From a bacterium (GTDB taxonomy: Bacteria > Zhuqueibacterota > Zhuqueibacteria > Residuimicrobiales > Krinioviventaceae): a stretch of 64,000 nt of DNA. The stretch spans positions 14,189-78,188 of the forward strand of contig CAXXFV010000019.1 in assembly GCA_963674595.2 (NCBI GenBank), written 5' to 3'. Both the position numbers and the translations under genes were made by a program. Below, in pieces: positions 39,730-49,424 of this stretch. A model generated the notes under the pieces. The model searched no databases. It saw only the letters and a list, made by a program, of their open reading frames with translations, and had not been told where the DNA came from. The stretch's first letter is position 1, and every line of letters starts with the position of its first letter.

Positions 39730-40524
39730 TTATTTTAAATTTGATGATTGTTCATTACATATTTTATTAAACATATAAAAACCGGCAGAAAAAACAATAA
39801 CCGCCAAAAGAAACCATGAGAGCTTTACATGTTGAGGACTGCAATACCAGTCAAGCTGTTCCTCCGGCATATTCATCATGATGAGTGAAAACATGTTATT
39901 CAATGCATGTAATAAAATTGCAGGAAAAATACTATTACTTTTCCAGGTAATAAAACCGAGAACAAGTCCTAAAAAGGTAATTTGAAGTGCCGTCCAGGGA
40001 TTAAAATGTATTAATGCAAAAAGAACAGCGGTAATGACAATGGCATGGGCTGGGTCACGGTAATGTTCAAAAGATTTTTGTATAACACCTCTGAACAGCA
40101 TTTCTTCGGCAAATCCGGCAAACAAAACAGCCGCCGTAAACAAAATGACACCTTCCCGAAAAGAATCAATTGTCACCAAATTTTTCATGGCGATTTCTAT
40201 TTCTAGGGGCATCGGAAATATCAGGGTTATAATTCGATCAATTTCATCGCTTATAACAAATATTGAAACAGCTAAAAGAAGGGACAACAGAAATAGTTGT
40301 ACGGATATAGGATTCAGCCGGAATGTTTTCAATACAGGCATTTTTTGACGAAAAGCAAACACAAGTGCCGGAACAATAATAAAAGACTCACTCAGCAGAG
40401 CGACAGACTTGTCCTGTATAAAAACAGAAAGTAATCCTGTTACAATAATAACAAGGATTGTAATTGCCAAAACAGCTAATAATTGTTTAGGTTTAAATAT
40501 AGTGTTATCATCAGATTCAAACAT
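39730..40524 (-). CDS. CPBP (CAAX/Abi) intramembrane protease
   Basis: EEMLFRG, FALIH, HALNN. Confidence 0.9.
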   Translation of the reverse strand: MFESDDNTIFKPKQLLAVLAITILVIIVTGLLSVFIQDKSVALLSESFIIVPALVFAFRQKMPVLKTFRLNPISVQLFLLSLLLAVSIFVISDEIDRIITLIFPMPLEIEIAMKNLVTIDSFREGVILFTAAVLFAGFAEEMLFRGVIQKSFEHYRDPAHAIVITAVLFALIHFNPWTALQITFLGLVLGFITWKSNSIFPAILLHALNNMFSLIMMNMPEEQLDWYCSPQHVKLSWFLLAVIVFSAGFYMFNKICNEQSSNLK

Positions 40525-40536
40525 AATATATCCATT

Positions 40537-41325
40537 TTATCGAGATAATTGATACAAGAGTACTCCGGCGGCAACAGCAGCATTGAGCGATTCTCCTGCA
40601 CCCTGTTTAGGTATGGAAACAGTTTTATCAAAAAGCGGCAGCAAATTTTCAGATAAACCCTCGGCTTCACTTCCGATTACCACAACATCTTTACCGCTTT
40701 TTTTCAAATCATAGGATGATGTTTCAGCATTTCCATCAGCAGCAATTATCCGAAATCCATCTTTTTTTAACTGCAAGAGTTGCTGGTACAAGTCCCTGGT
40801 TTCCACACAGGGTATTCTAAAAATTGATCCCATTGTACTGCGCACGACCTTTGGATTATTAAGTTCCACAGATTGTGCATCGAGGAGGATGCCATCACAA
40901 CCGAACCAATCTGCAGAACGAATCATTGTTCCCACATTACCCGGATCTTTGATATGATCTAAAACCAGTATAAACGAAGCATTCTTAAAATCTATCTGTT
41001 TTTCAGTTGTATGAGCGACCAATGCTACACCCTGGGGTGTGCAGGTATCTGAAATCTGCTCAAACTCTTTTTCAGTTGCGGTAATAACCGGTATTTGTAA
41101 AGCCCGGGCTTGTTTTACAATATTATTGATTCGATCGTTTAATTCATTCTTTTGAGAAACAATCAACGTTTCGATATGACTTGTGGCCATACACTCTTCA
41201 ACAAGCCGAACACCCTCAACAAAAATTTTCTTGTATTGTTGCCGATATTTTTTTTGATGTAATAATTTGATATTTTTTATTTGGGCTTTAGAAATTTTCA
41301 AGCCCTGATCAAATTTATCATACAT
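40537..41325 (-). CDS. TrmH/SpoU family RNA 2'-O-methyltransferase
   Basis: KDPGNVGTMIRSA, GSEAEGL, ESLNAAVA. Confidence 0.92.
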   Translation of the reverse strand: MYDKFDQGLKISKAQIKNIKLLHQKKYRQQYKKIFVEGVRLVEECMATSHIETLIVSQKNELNDRINNIVKQARALQIPVITATEKEFEQISDTCTPQGVALVAHTTEKQIDFKNASFILVLDHIKDPGNVGTMIRSADWFGCDGILLDAQSVELNNPKVVRSTMGSIFRIPCVETRDLYQQLLQLKKDGFRIIAADGNAETSSYDLKKSGKDVVVIGSEAEGLSENLLPLFDKTVSIPKQGAGESLNAAVAAGVLLYQLSR

Positions 41326-41327
41326 TG

Positions 41328-42599
41328 TTATTCTTGCTTACCAAGCTGTTGTGCCAGATAGACCGGTACATTATCTGCCTGGACCTGAGTTTGTTCTCCG
41401 TCAGACATATTTTTAATATCGACCATGCGGGAATCGACTTCGTCCTGTCCCAGTAAAATCACATATTTTGCATTTTGACGATTGGCTTCCCGCATTTGGG
41501 CTTTAACGCTTCGACCACCAAAAGCCAATAAAGAAGAAATTTTATGAGCACGGCATTTAAAAGTGAGGTCCAGGGCCATGTTTTTTGCATCGGAACCAAC
41601 ATGTGCAAAAAATACATCTAATCCGGCTGGTGTATCCGGTTCCAGTCCCTGCTCTTTCATGCTGAGAATAATGCGCTCAATACCGGATCCAAATCCGATT
41701 CCCGGAGTCTGTTGACCGCCTAATTGTTCAATCAGACCGTCATAACGCCCGCCTCCGCACATGGCATTTTGCGACCCAATACCCTGCGCCCAAACCTCAA
41801 ACACGGTTTTTGTATAATAGTCCAGGCCGCGTACAAGCTTGTGGTTTACAACATAATCACGTTTCATCAAATCAAGATAACTGCGCAGTGTATTAAAGTG
41901 CTCATTACATTCATCACACAGATGATTGCTGATAACAGGCGCTTTTTCAATAATCGGTTGACAAGTTTCAACTTTACAGTCCAGCAAACGCAGCGCATTT
42001 CGATCCAGCCGACGTTTACAATCTTCACAAATCTCATCAGTATGTTGATGATAATATTCTTTTAACTTTTGAATATAAGTCGGGCGGCAATTGGGGCAGC
42101 CTGTACTGTTTAACTGGAATTTCAGTCCCTTAAAGCCCAATTCTGCATACAACTGCCATGCAATGGACATCACTTCAAAATCCAGGGCCGGGTCCTGTTC
42201 ACCAAGGGCTTCGACATTAAATTGTGTGTGTTGACGAAAACGTCCGGCCTGGGGCCTTTCATATCGAAAAATAGGCCCTATTGAAAAAATCTTGACAGGT
42301 TTTGTCTGTACATGCATTCCGTTTTGCAGGTATAGCCGCAACACACCGGCTGTAAATTCCGGACGCAGTGTAATAGAATTTTCACCTTTATCCAGAAACG
42401 TGTACATTTCTTTTTCAACAATATCAGTCGTTTCACCGACACCACGAATAAACAGCCCGGTTTCTTCAAATATCGGGGGGTCTACCCGGTTGTATCCATA
42501 TAAATTTGTAATTTCGTATATTTTTTTTTCAATAAACCGCCAATAGGGCTGTTCTTCCGGAAGAACATCGCGGGTTCCTGTAACAGATCGATATTTCAT
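41328..42599 (-). CDS. hisS: Histidine--tRNA ligase
   Basis: DIVEKEMYTF, LRPEFTA, FRYERPQAGRFRQ, VRGLDYY, GGGRYDGL. Confidence 0.97.
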   Translation of the reverse strand: MKYRSVTGTRDVLPEEQPYWRFIEKKIYEITNLYGYNRVDPPIFEETGLFIRGVGETTDIVEKEMYTFLDKGENSITLRPEFTAGVLRLYLQNGMHVQTKPVKIFSIGPIFRYERPQAGRFRQHTQFNVEALGEQDPALDFEVMSIAWQLYAELGFKGLKFQLNSTGCPNCRPTYIQKLKEYYHQHTDEICEDCKRRLDRNALRLLDCKVETCQPIIEKAPVISNHLCDECNEHFNTLRSYLDLMKRDYVVNHKLVRGLDYYTKTVFEVWAQGIGSQNAMCGGGRYDGLIEQLGGQQTPGIGFGSGIERIILSMKEQGLEPDTPAGLDVFFAHVGSDAKNMALDLTFKCRAHKISSLLAFGGRSVKAQMREANRQNAKYVILLGQDEVDSRMVDIKNMSDGEQTQVQADNVPVYLAQQLGKQE

Positions 42600-42623
42600 A
42601 TCTTGAACTAGTTTCCTTGCATT

Positions 42624-42959
42624 TTATATATGATCCATCATGGAATGAAGGATCGTCTTTGCTCTTTTCATGTGTTTACGTTCTACATAAACATAACAAA
42701 CGTCGCCAACAGCACTTGCACCTTTTGCCAGCAAACCGGACGTCATTTCATCAGATTGGAGAACGCAGCCTATACCCTCTTTTTCCAGGGCCTCTTTAAC
42801 CATTTCGCCGTAAATTACTCCCGGCAATGAATGCAAAGGGACAAGATCCAGGTCATCTTTTTCCTGCAAAGCATTCTTTTCAACAAGCGGGTTATGACAT
42901 TTTGGGCACTCGGCAACATCATCCTGATAAGTGATATTACATTCAGAACAATACTTCAT
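42624..42959 (-). CDS. Zinc ribbon plus DUF2007-like signal-transducing protein
   Basis: CSEC...CPKC, then EMVKEALEKEGI...YVYV. Confidence 0.65.
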   Translation of the reverse strand: MKYCSECNITYQDDVAECPKCHNPLVEKNALQEKDDLDLVPLHSLPGVIYGEMVKEALEKEGIGCVLQSDEMTSGLLAKGASAVGDVCYVYVERKHMKRAKTILHSMMDHI

Positions 42960-42985
42960 AACGTCCTCCTTGTCTAATTATTATA

Positions 42986-43011
42986 AAAAACAAAGGGTCT
43001 CTATGAGACCC
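42986..43011 (-). terminator. Terminator after the EIIA gene
   Basis: Minus strand GGGTCTC-ata-GAGACCC followed by T-rich run. Confidence 0.55.
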
Positions 43012-43035
43012 GCATCCTTTTTAGACATCAGATTT

Positions 43036-43506
43036 TTAAAGCGAAAAATACTTTTGTTCTTCAGATGAAATAGCTTCAATAATTTCATCGCTGTCACGAG
43101 AGGCGGCAAGTCTCTCCCTGAATTCTTTTCTGTGCATCAACCTTGAAATACGGCTTAAAGCTTTAAGATGCGGTCCTGTCTGGTCCATTGGGCCGACAAG
43201 TAAAAAAATCATCCTAACAGGTTTTTCATCAATAGATTGAAAATCAACTTCCTGTTTTGTAATTCCAAAGGCGGCTATTAACTGCTCAACTCCATCAGTC
43301 TTTGCATGAGGTATGGCAACACCATCACCCATACCCGTACTCATAACGCGTTCCCGTTCCAGTACGGCATCCAATACAACCTGTTTATTTTTTAAAGAAT
43401 GAGCGTTATCCAAAACATCAACCATTTCTTCAATGATTTTTGTTTTTTCAACGCTGTCCAATGGAATTTTAATAACTTGTTTTGTTAATAGATCGCTTAA
43501 ATTCAT
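43036..43506 (-). CDS. PTS EIIA (PtsN/fructose-type) protein
   Basis: ERERVMSTGMGDGVAIPHAK with phospho-His; HLKALSRISR. Confidence 0.9.
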   Translation of the reverse strand: MNLSDLLTKQVIKIPLDSVEKTKIIEEMVDVLDNAHSLKNKQVVLDAVLERERVMSTGMGDGVAIPHAKTDGVEQLIAAFGITKQEVDFQSIDEKPVRMIFLLVGPMDQTGPHLKALSRISRLMHRKEFRERLAASRDSDEIIEAISSEEQKYFSL

Positions 43507-43665
43507 AGTTACTCCTTACATTTGCCTGACTAATATATAATAAAATTAAAAATTTCCAAACAGTTTTTATGCCCATACCCAAGCCTTTACTATGAATTGT
43601 CTTATTTTTGTTGTATTTTTGAACCAATGCATTAAATTATAGAATAGCTGAAAGGAGCATATATC

Positions 43666-44244
43666 ATGTCCGTTTATGATATAATTAAAAACAGAAGGTC
43701 TATTCGCCGGTTCAAACAACAACCTGTTTCCTATGAAATACTGGAAAAAATGATAGAGGCCGGGCGTTTAGGACCGTCTGCCAATAATTTCCAGCCGATT
43801 GAATATATTCTTGTTGATGATCCCAAAATTGTTCAAAAAATATTTGTACATACCCGCTTGGCAGGCTATTTACCCAAAGGAACAGGGGTCCCTCCTGCCG
43901 GTCAGGAACCTGTTGCTTATATTGCTATTTTGATTAATAAAGAACTTGGCACCAAATGGTCGGCACACGATATCGGTGCGGCAGCAAAAAATATTATGCT
44001 GACTGGTTTTGAAAAAGGGGTCGGGTCCTGTTGGCTGGGTGCCATTAACAGAGAGGAAATTGTAAAACTGCTCAATATTACCGAACACTATGAATTAGAC
44101 ACAATGATTGCCGTTGGGTATCCCGATGAAGAACCTGTTTCAGAACCACTGAACGATTCTCACAAATATTATAAAGATGAATCGGGGAAACTACATGTTC
44201 CAAAACGGGAATTACAAAACATCCTGCATCATAATTCATTTTAA
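43666..44244 (+). CDS. Nitroreductase family protein
   Basis: RRSIRRF, PSANNFQP, GVGSCW, VGYP. Confidence 0.9.
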   Translation: MSVYDIIKNRRSIRRFKQQPVSYEILEKMIEAGRLGPSANNFQPIEYILVDDPKIVQKIFVHTRLAGYLPKGTGVPPAGQEPVAYIAILINKELGTKWSAHDIGAAAKNIMLTGFEKGVGSCWLGAINREEIVKLLNITEHYELDTMIAVGYPDEEPVSEPLNDSHKYYKDESGKLHVPKRELQNILHHNSF

Positions 44245-44271
44245 GCTGAAAAATTAAAAGAGGATTTTTTT

Positions 44272-45297
44272 ATGTCAGATCAGAAATTAAAATTCGCCCT
44301 CATTGGACCCGGAGCTATTGCCACACATCATATTTTAGCCATACAACAAATTGAAAATGCGGAAATCACCTATATATGTGGTATTGAAAAAGAAATAACA
44401 AAAAATTTTGCGGAAAAGTTTCAGATCCCCTGGTCAACAGAATTAAAAGCTGTCCTGGCAAACAAAGAGGTTGACGCTGTTATTGCAACCGTTCCTTCCG
44501 GTCTTCATGCGGATATCGGCATTCAGGCAGCTCAGGCCGGAAAACATGTGATCGTGGAAAAACCCATTGATGTAACCCTGGAAAAAGCAGACGAACTTGT
44601 AAATGCCTGCAAAAATGCCGGCACAACCTTGGGCGTCATCAGCCAAAATCGTTATCTGGATTCTGTTTTAAAAGCAAAAGAATTGATAACCAGCGGTAAA
44701 CTGGGAGAGCTAGTTCAAGGAGATGCCTATATTAAATGGTATCGTTCAGAGGCCTATTACCAAAGCGGTGCATGGCGCGGCACATGGAAACTCGACGGCG
44801 GTGGTCCGTTCATCAATCAGGGCATTCATTTTATTGATTTGTTATTATCCGTTATGGGACCTGTTAAATGGGTTTCCGGTAAAACCAAAACCATAACCCA
44901 CGACATTGAAGTTGAAGATACGGGTATGGCCATGCTGGAATTTGTTAACGGTGCTTACGGCGTTATTCAGGCCTCCACAGCTACCTATCCCGGATTACCG
45001 GCCCGACTCGAAATTCACGGAACCAAAGGAACGATCATCATTGAAGGCGAAAAAATTGCATTTATGCAAATTGAAGGCCAGGAACCCTATAAAGAATCCG
45101 ATGTCGCCAAAGGCGGTGCTTCTGATCCTTTGGCCATAAACGTAACACCATTTGTCAGAGAATATAAGGATTTTATTGAGGCCGTCCGTGAAAAACGGGA
45201 ACCCCAGGTAAACGGCGCAGAAGCCAGACGTTCTCTGGAATTGATCCTTGCAATTTATGAATCATCCAAAACAGGCAAACCAATTCAATTAAATTAA
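44272..45297 (+). CDS. Gfo/Idh/MocA family oxidoreductase
   Basis: GPGAIA, GKHVIVEKP, DGGG..NQGIHFID, VED. Confidence 0.92.
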   Translation: MSDQKLKFALIGPGAIATHHILAIQQIENAEITYICGIEKEITKNFAEKFQIPWSTELKAVLANKEVDAVIATVPSGLHADIGIQAAQAGKHVIVEKPIDVTLEKADELVNACKNAGTTLGVISQNRYLDSVLKAKELITSGKLGELVQGDAYIKWYRSEAYYQSGAWRGTWKLDGGGPFINQGIHFIDLLLSVMGPVKWVSGKTKTITHDIEVEDTGMAMLEFVNGAYGVIQASTATYPGLPARLEIHGTKGTIIIEGEKIAFMQIEGQEPYKESDVAKGGASDPLAINVTPFVREYKDFIEAVREKREPQVNGAEARRSLELILAIYESSKTGKPIQLN

Positions 45298-45337
45298 AAA
45301 AGGTGGTGCTCACTCAACCCGGATAAGGAACCTGCTT

Positions 45338-46810
45338 ATGTTAACATCGATTGACTATTCTATCATCCTGCTTTATGGTATTATTGTAGCTGTTCTCGGA
45401 TACGCAGCTAAAAGACTTGTAAAAAATCCTGATGATTATTTTGCCGGCGGGAAAAAAGTGCCCTGGTGGCTGGCCGCTATCTCTCATCACATGTCCGGTT
45501 ACAGCGCATTCGCATTTGTGGGACTTGGTACAATTGCCTATGGAAGCGGATTAAGTGCCTGGACTTTTTTCGGTCCCCCGATTTTTATTGCACTGATTAT
45601 AGGTGCCTTTGTCTGGGCGCCCCGATGGTCCAGAATGAAAATTTTAACACCGGTTCAATATCTGGAAGACAGATTCAACAACACGGTCCGCCAGGTGTTT
45701 GGCTGGAGTGGGATCGGCATTAAATTTATCGATGAAGGCGCCAAACTCTATTCTCTGGCAATTATTGTTCACGTTTCAACAGGGTGGCCGTTACCCGAGG
45801 TTATCATAGCATGCGGAATCGTCACCATTCTATATTTATTTTTCGGCGGATTATGGGCCACGATGCTGACGGACTTTGCACAGTTTTTAATTCAGTTTGC
45901 CATAACAATTATTCTGGTTCCTGTGGTTTTAAAAACCGTAGGCGGATTTACCGGATTGGCAGCGCAAATGCCCGTTGAACATAGAAGCTTTTTTAGCGAC
46001 CAAATAACACCGTTGTTTATGTTTGTTTACTTTTTCATCAATTTGTTGAGTTATAACGGAGGCACCTGGGGCCTTGCACAACGATTCTACAGTATCGGAG
46101 AACCTAAAAACGCCCGTAAAGCAGCCTTGTTTTCCGCCGTACTTTATCTCGTTTATCCTCTGGCTATTTTTATTCCAATGTGGGCGGCCCACTCTATTAT
46201 CGGGCCGATTGATAACCCGGAACACGCCTATATTCTGGTGGCGCAAAAAGTGCTTTCCTCCCTGTCGCCCGGCCTGTTAGGGTTGTTATTGGCGTCCATG
46301 TTTGCCGCTACCATGTCGATGATCGATTCGGACCTGAATTCTCTTGCAGCCGTTTTTACCAAAGATATTTATCAACGGACTTTTCATAAAAATGCTACAG
46401 ACCAACATTTGCTGCGAATTGGTATGGTCGCCACTGTTATTCTCGGTGCGCTCACCATCGCTTCCGCACTTTTAACCATTGAACTCAAAGGCGCCTTTAA
46501 CGCCATGATAGAATGGTTTGCCGCCATACTGGGGCCGGTCTCCATTCCTTTATTAATGGGTATGGTTTTTCAAAAACCGACCTGGCGCGGCGCTATCCTT
46601 TCATGGGCATGCGGCTTTATAACCTTTATTTTCTTTAAATATGGCTGGACACCTTTAACAGGCCTTGAAACGTCTTTTCCTTTATATACCGGCATGGAAC
46701 TTTTGATAAGCTTTTCCGTTTTTATTGGTGAAGGGTATATCACAAAAAAATCACCGGAAGAGCAGGAAAAAATCACAAAATTTTTCGAACAATTTAAAAA
46801 TTTACCATAA
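45338..46810 (+). CDS. Sodium:solute symporter
   Basis: DYFAGG..VPWW, YLEDRF, GGLWATMLTD, AATMS..DS. Confidence 0.9.
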   Translation: MLTSIDYSIILLYGIIVAVLGYAAKRLVKNPDDYFAGGKKVPWWLAAISHHMSGYSAFAFVGLGTIAYGSGLSAWTFFGPPIFIALIIGAFVWAPRWSRMKILTPVQYLEDRFNNTVRQVFGWSGIGIKFIDEGAKLYSLAIIVHVSTGWPLPEVIIACGIVTILYLFFGGLWATMLTDFAQFLIQFAITIILVPVVLKTVGGFTGLAAQMPVEHRSFFSDQITPLFMFVYFFINLLSYNGGTWGLAQRFYSIGEPKNARKAALFSAVLYLVYPLAIFIPMWAAHSIIGPIDNPEHAYILVAQKVLSSLSPGLLGLLLASMFAATMSMIDSDLNSLAAVFTKDIYQRTFHKNATDQHLLRIGMVATVILGALTIASALLTIELKGAFNAMIEWFAAILGPVSIPLLMGMVFQKPTWRGAILSWACGFITFIFFKYGWTPLTGLETSFPLYTGMELLISFSVFIGEGYITKKSPEEQEKITKFFEQFKNLP

Positions 46811-46834
46811 CTTTTTACTGTAAGGATTTATAAA

Positions 46835-47575
46835 ATGATTTCCAGAGATGATCTCATACATTATTTGAACGATTATTTGAAGATAGATGAATTTTCTGAT
46901 TACGGACCGCAGGGACTACAGGTAGAAGGGAAATCAGAGGTACAAACGATCGTAACAGGTGTTTCGGCAAGTGTGCAATTGTTTGAAAAAGCCGTCCAGG
47001 CCGGTGCGGACATGATTATCGTGCATCACGGTATTTTATGGGACCGTGACAGCCATGTCATTAAAGGCGGATTTAAAAACCGGATCAAACTATTGCTGGA
47101 AAATGATATAACTCTTTTATGCTATCACCTGCCTCTGGATAAACATGCGGAAATCGGTAACAATGCGGTCATTGCCAAAAAACTGGGATTATCCAATTTG
47201 GAAGAGTTTGGTGACGTGGGGATTCAGGGGCAAATTAAAGAAACGGAACTGCAATCACTTTTAAAAACAATCCAGGACACCATTAAAAGTGATCCCCTGG
47301 TATTTGCTTATGGACCGGAAAAAATCAGCAAAATTGCTATTTGTTCGGGAAGCGCTCAAAAAGAGATTACGATTGCCATCGAAAATGGCGCTGATGTGTT
47401 TATTACGGGAGAAGTTTCAGAACCGACAATGCATATAGCAAAAGAAGGCAATATTCACTTTATTGCCGCCGGTCATTATGCTACTGAAACTTTTGGTATC
47501 AAGGCTCTCGGTGATCACATAGAAAAAAAATATAACCTTCCTGTTAAATTTATCGACGTTCCCAATCCGGTTTAA
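46835..47575 (+). CDS. Nif3/YbgI-like dinuclear metal-centre protein
   Basis: GLQVEG, VHHG, YHLPLD, FITGE, AGHYATE. Confidence 0.92.
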   Translation: MISRDDLIHYLNDYLKIDEFSDYGPQGLQVEGKSEVQTIVTGVSASVQLFEKAVQAGADMIIVHHGILWDRDSHVIKGGFKNRIKLLLENDITLLCYHLPLDKHAEIGNNAVIAKKLGLSNLEEFGDVGIQGQIKETELQSLLKTIQDTIKSDPLVFAYGPEKISKIAICSGSAQKEITIAIENGADVFITGEVSEPTMHIAKEGNIHFIAAGHYATETFGIKALGDHIEKKYNLPVKFIDVPNPV

Positions 47576-47756
47576 TATCAGCATATATATCGGGCGTGAA
47601 TGTGACTTTGTTTAGATTACAGTGCGCCCGTCTGTTTATAACGGGGTGTACTTTTATAATTCACGATACATGCCATCGTTATTCTGGAAGAACCTTACCG
47701 GAATAAAGAACCATTTGTTAGAAAAGGAAGAAGCTTTCAGTATGACAACCCCTTTC

Positions 47757-47783
47757 GTCATGCCTGTGCAAACAGGCATCCAG
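47757..47783. repeat. Half REP-like palindrome GTCATGCCTGTGCAAACAGGCATCCAG (also 49374-49400, 50992-51018)
   Basis: Identical copies, each 24 nt past a paralog stop codon. Confidence 0.85.
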
Positions 47784-47807
47784 TGCGTTACCCGGTGTTT
47801 TTCTTCT

Positions 47808-48857
47808 TTATTCTTTCAACCTGCCGTGTATGATCAATTTATTTGAATTACTTTGACAACAAAAGAACACATCTTTATCAAAAAGCACCGCATCTCTGAT
47901 ACTAATGCTTAACTTGGGAAAGGTGTAAAGATATTCTATATTCTGCCCGTTATAATGGGCAATGCCGTCAGTCATTCTGATAAATTGGTCCTTCTCATGT
48001 CTTCCATAAATTTTGTTGCCGAAATTTTCAAAATCGATTGTAAATTGTTTAACAAAAGAACCGTTTTGATACCGGCATACATCGTGACCCATAACAAAAT
48101 AGACTTTTCCTGCCAGAGCATAAATGCTTACTCCAAAAGATGGCGGTCCAGAATATATTTTATTAAGCTCCTGGTTTTTTATTTCATAAAGTTCCAAATC
48201 TCCTCTTTTGCCATTTCCAAACGTAGTAGAAAGTATATAGACGTTGTTTCCTTCCGCCCGAATTATAAGGAATTGTGAAAGGAAAGGAGCTCTTACAACC
48301 TCTTGCCATTTTTTGCCATTATAAGTTAAAACAAAACCGTAATAACTGCTTATCTTGCCATCAAAGTACCCGACAGTACCGCAAGCATATATTTTATCAG
48401 TACTTGCTCCCCAAATATCGTCAACAGTGATAGAGTAAGAACCTTCAATATCATACACATAATACTGGTTCCATTTTGTACCATTATAGTGCCATATTCC
48501 GGCGCCGTGAGTTCCCCAACCGCCGCCGCCGCCCATCCATACATTATTTTTATGAAAACCGAAAAGCGTGGAACCCGTACAATATATTTTCTCCTTATTA
48601 TATTCAGACCAATTTGTACCGTTAAAATGCTGTAATCTGTCGTTGTAGGTACCGCCATCACCAACCGTCCATATATCATTAGGCCAGGCGCCCCAGATCG
48701 ACCTGATAAAATTCATGGGCATGTTCAGCGTGTCCACTTTCCATGTATAATTACGCGGTCCGGGCTCGGGTTCGGGCAGGGTGGGTACCCTTTTGCAGAA
48801 ATTTAAACATGTAACGCCCAATAATATCGCCAGCAATAGCATTTTTCGTGTCATCAT
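47808..48857 (-). CDS. Beta-propeller-like lipoprotein, paralog 1
   Basis: Signal ending LNFC, Pro-rich linker, repeated IWG...DIWTVG and WHYNGTKW units. Confidence 0.8.
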   Translation of the reverse strand: MMTRKMLLLAILLGVTCLNFCKRVPTLPEPEPGPRNYTWKVDTLNMPMNFIRSIWGAWPNDIWTVGDGGTYNDRLQHFNGTNWSEYNKEKIYCTGSTLFGFHKNNVWMGGGGGWGTHGAGIWHYNGTKWNQYYVYDIEGSYSITVDDIWGASTDKIYACGTVGYFDGKISSYYGFVLTYNGKKWQEVVRAPFLSQFLIIRAEGNNVYILSTTFGNGKRGDLELYEIKNQELNKIYSGPPSFGVSIYALAGKVYFVMGHDVCRYQNGSFVKQFTIDFENFGNKIYGRHEKDQFIRMTDGIAHYNGQNIEYLYTFPKLSISIRDAVLFDKDVFFCCQSNSNKLIIHGRLKE

Positions 48858-49098
48858 TGTTCCTTAGAGTTGATCGTATATGTTTTTTCCTACGGCTTGT
48901 AAAATATGTCAATTAAAAGTAGAATATATAGACAGGATTGTATACCCTGGCCCCAAATAAAATGATGGAAAATTAATTCGCTATATCAGCAAACAGCCCC
49001 GGATGCAGTAATCCCGCCACATTAGTATTTATGTACTATCAGATCATAAATTTATTTATACTCCCCATAGAGTCGTTAATATGATTGTTATTAATTAA

Positions 49099-49127
49099 AT
49101 AATATTTACTATTTCAGACAATGTCAA
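49099..49127 (-). promoter_or_regulatory. Sigma70 promoter TTGACA-N17-TATTAT (copy 2 at 50717-50745; copy 3 TTGACT-N17-TAACAT at 52338-52366)
   Basis: Consensus-like boxes with 17-nt spacing retained in all three units although surrounding copy-3 sequence diverges. Confidence 0.7.
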
Positions 49128-49219
49128 GTATTCTTTATCCGTCATTCTTAAAAAATGTTACTGGAATAAAGAATCGTTTATTAGAAAGTGAAGATGCTTT
49201 CAGCATGACAACCCCTTTT

Positions 49220-49288
49220 GTCATGCCTGTGCAAACAGGTATCCAGCGGCAAGTATGGATTCTGGATTACCGCTTGCGCAGTAATGAC
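49220..49288. repeat. Full REP-like element GTCATGCC...ATCCAG-N-CTGGAT...AATGAC (also 50838-50906, 52476-52544)
   Basis: Terminal GTCAT/ATGAC and ATCCAG/CTGGAT inverted pairs with two internal hairpins. Confidence 0.85.
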
Positions 49289-49424
49289 GGGTAAGGTTAC
49301 TCTTGAAAAAATTTACTGATACAATGAACCGGTTTACAAAATTTAAGATACTTTAGACATGACAACCCCTTTCGTCATGCCTGTGCAAACAGGCATCCAG
49401 CGCGTTGCCTGGCGTTTTTCACCT

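Noticed and set aside
47622-47846. 74-aa plus-strand ORF
   Set aside because: Translates through REP-like palindromes and overlaps the paralog 1 end; no SD or family motif.
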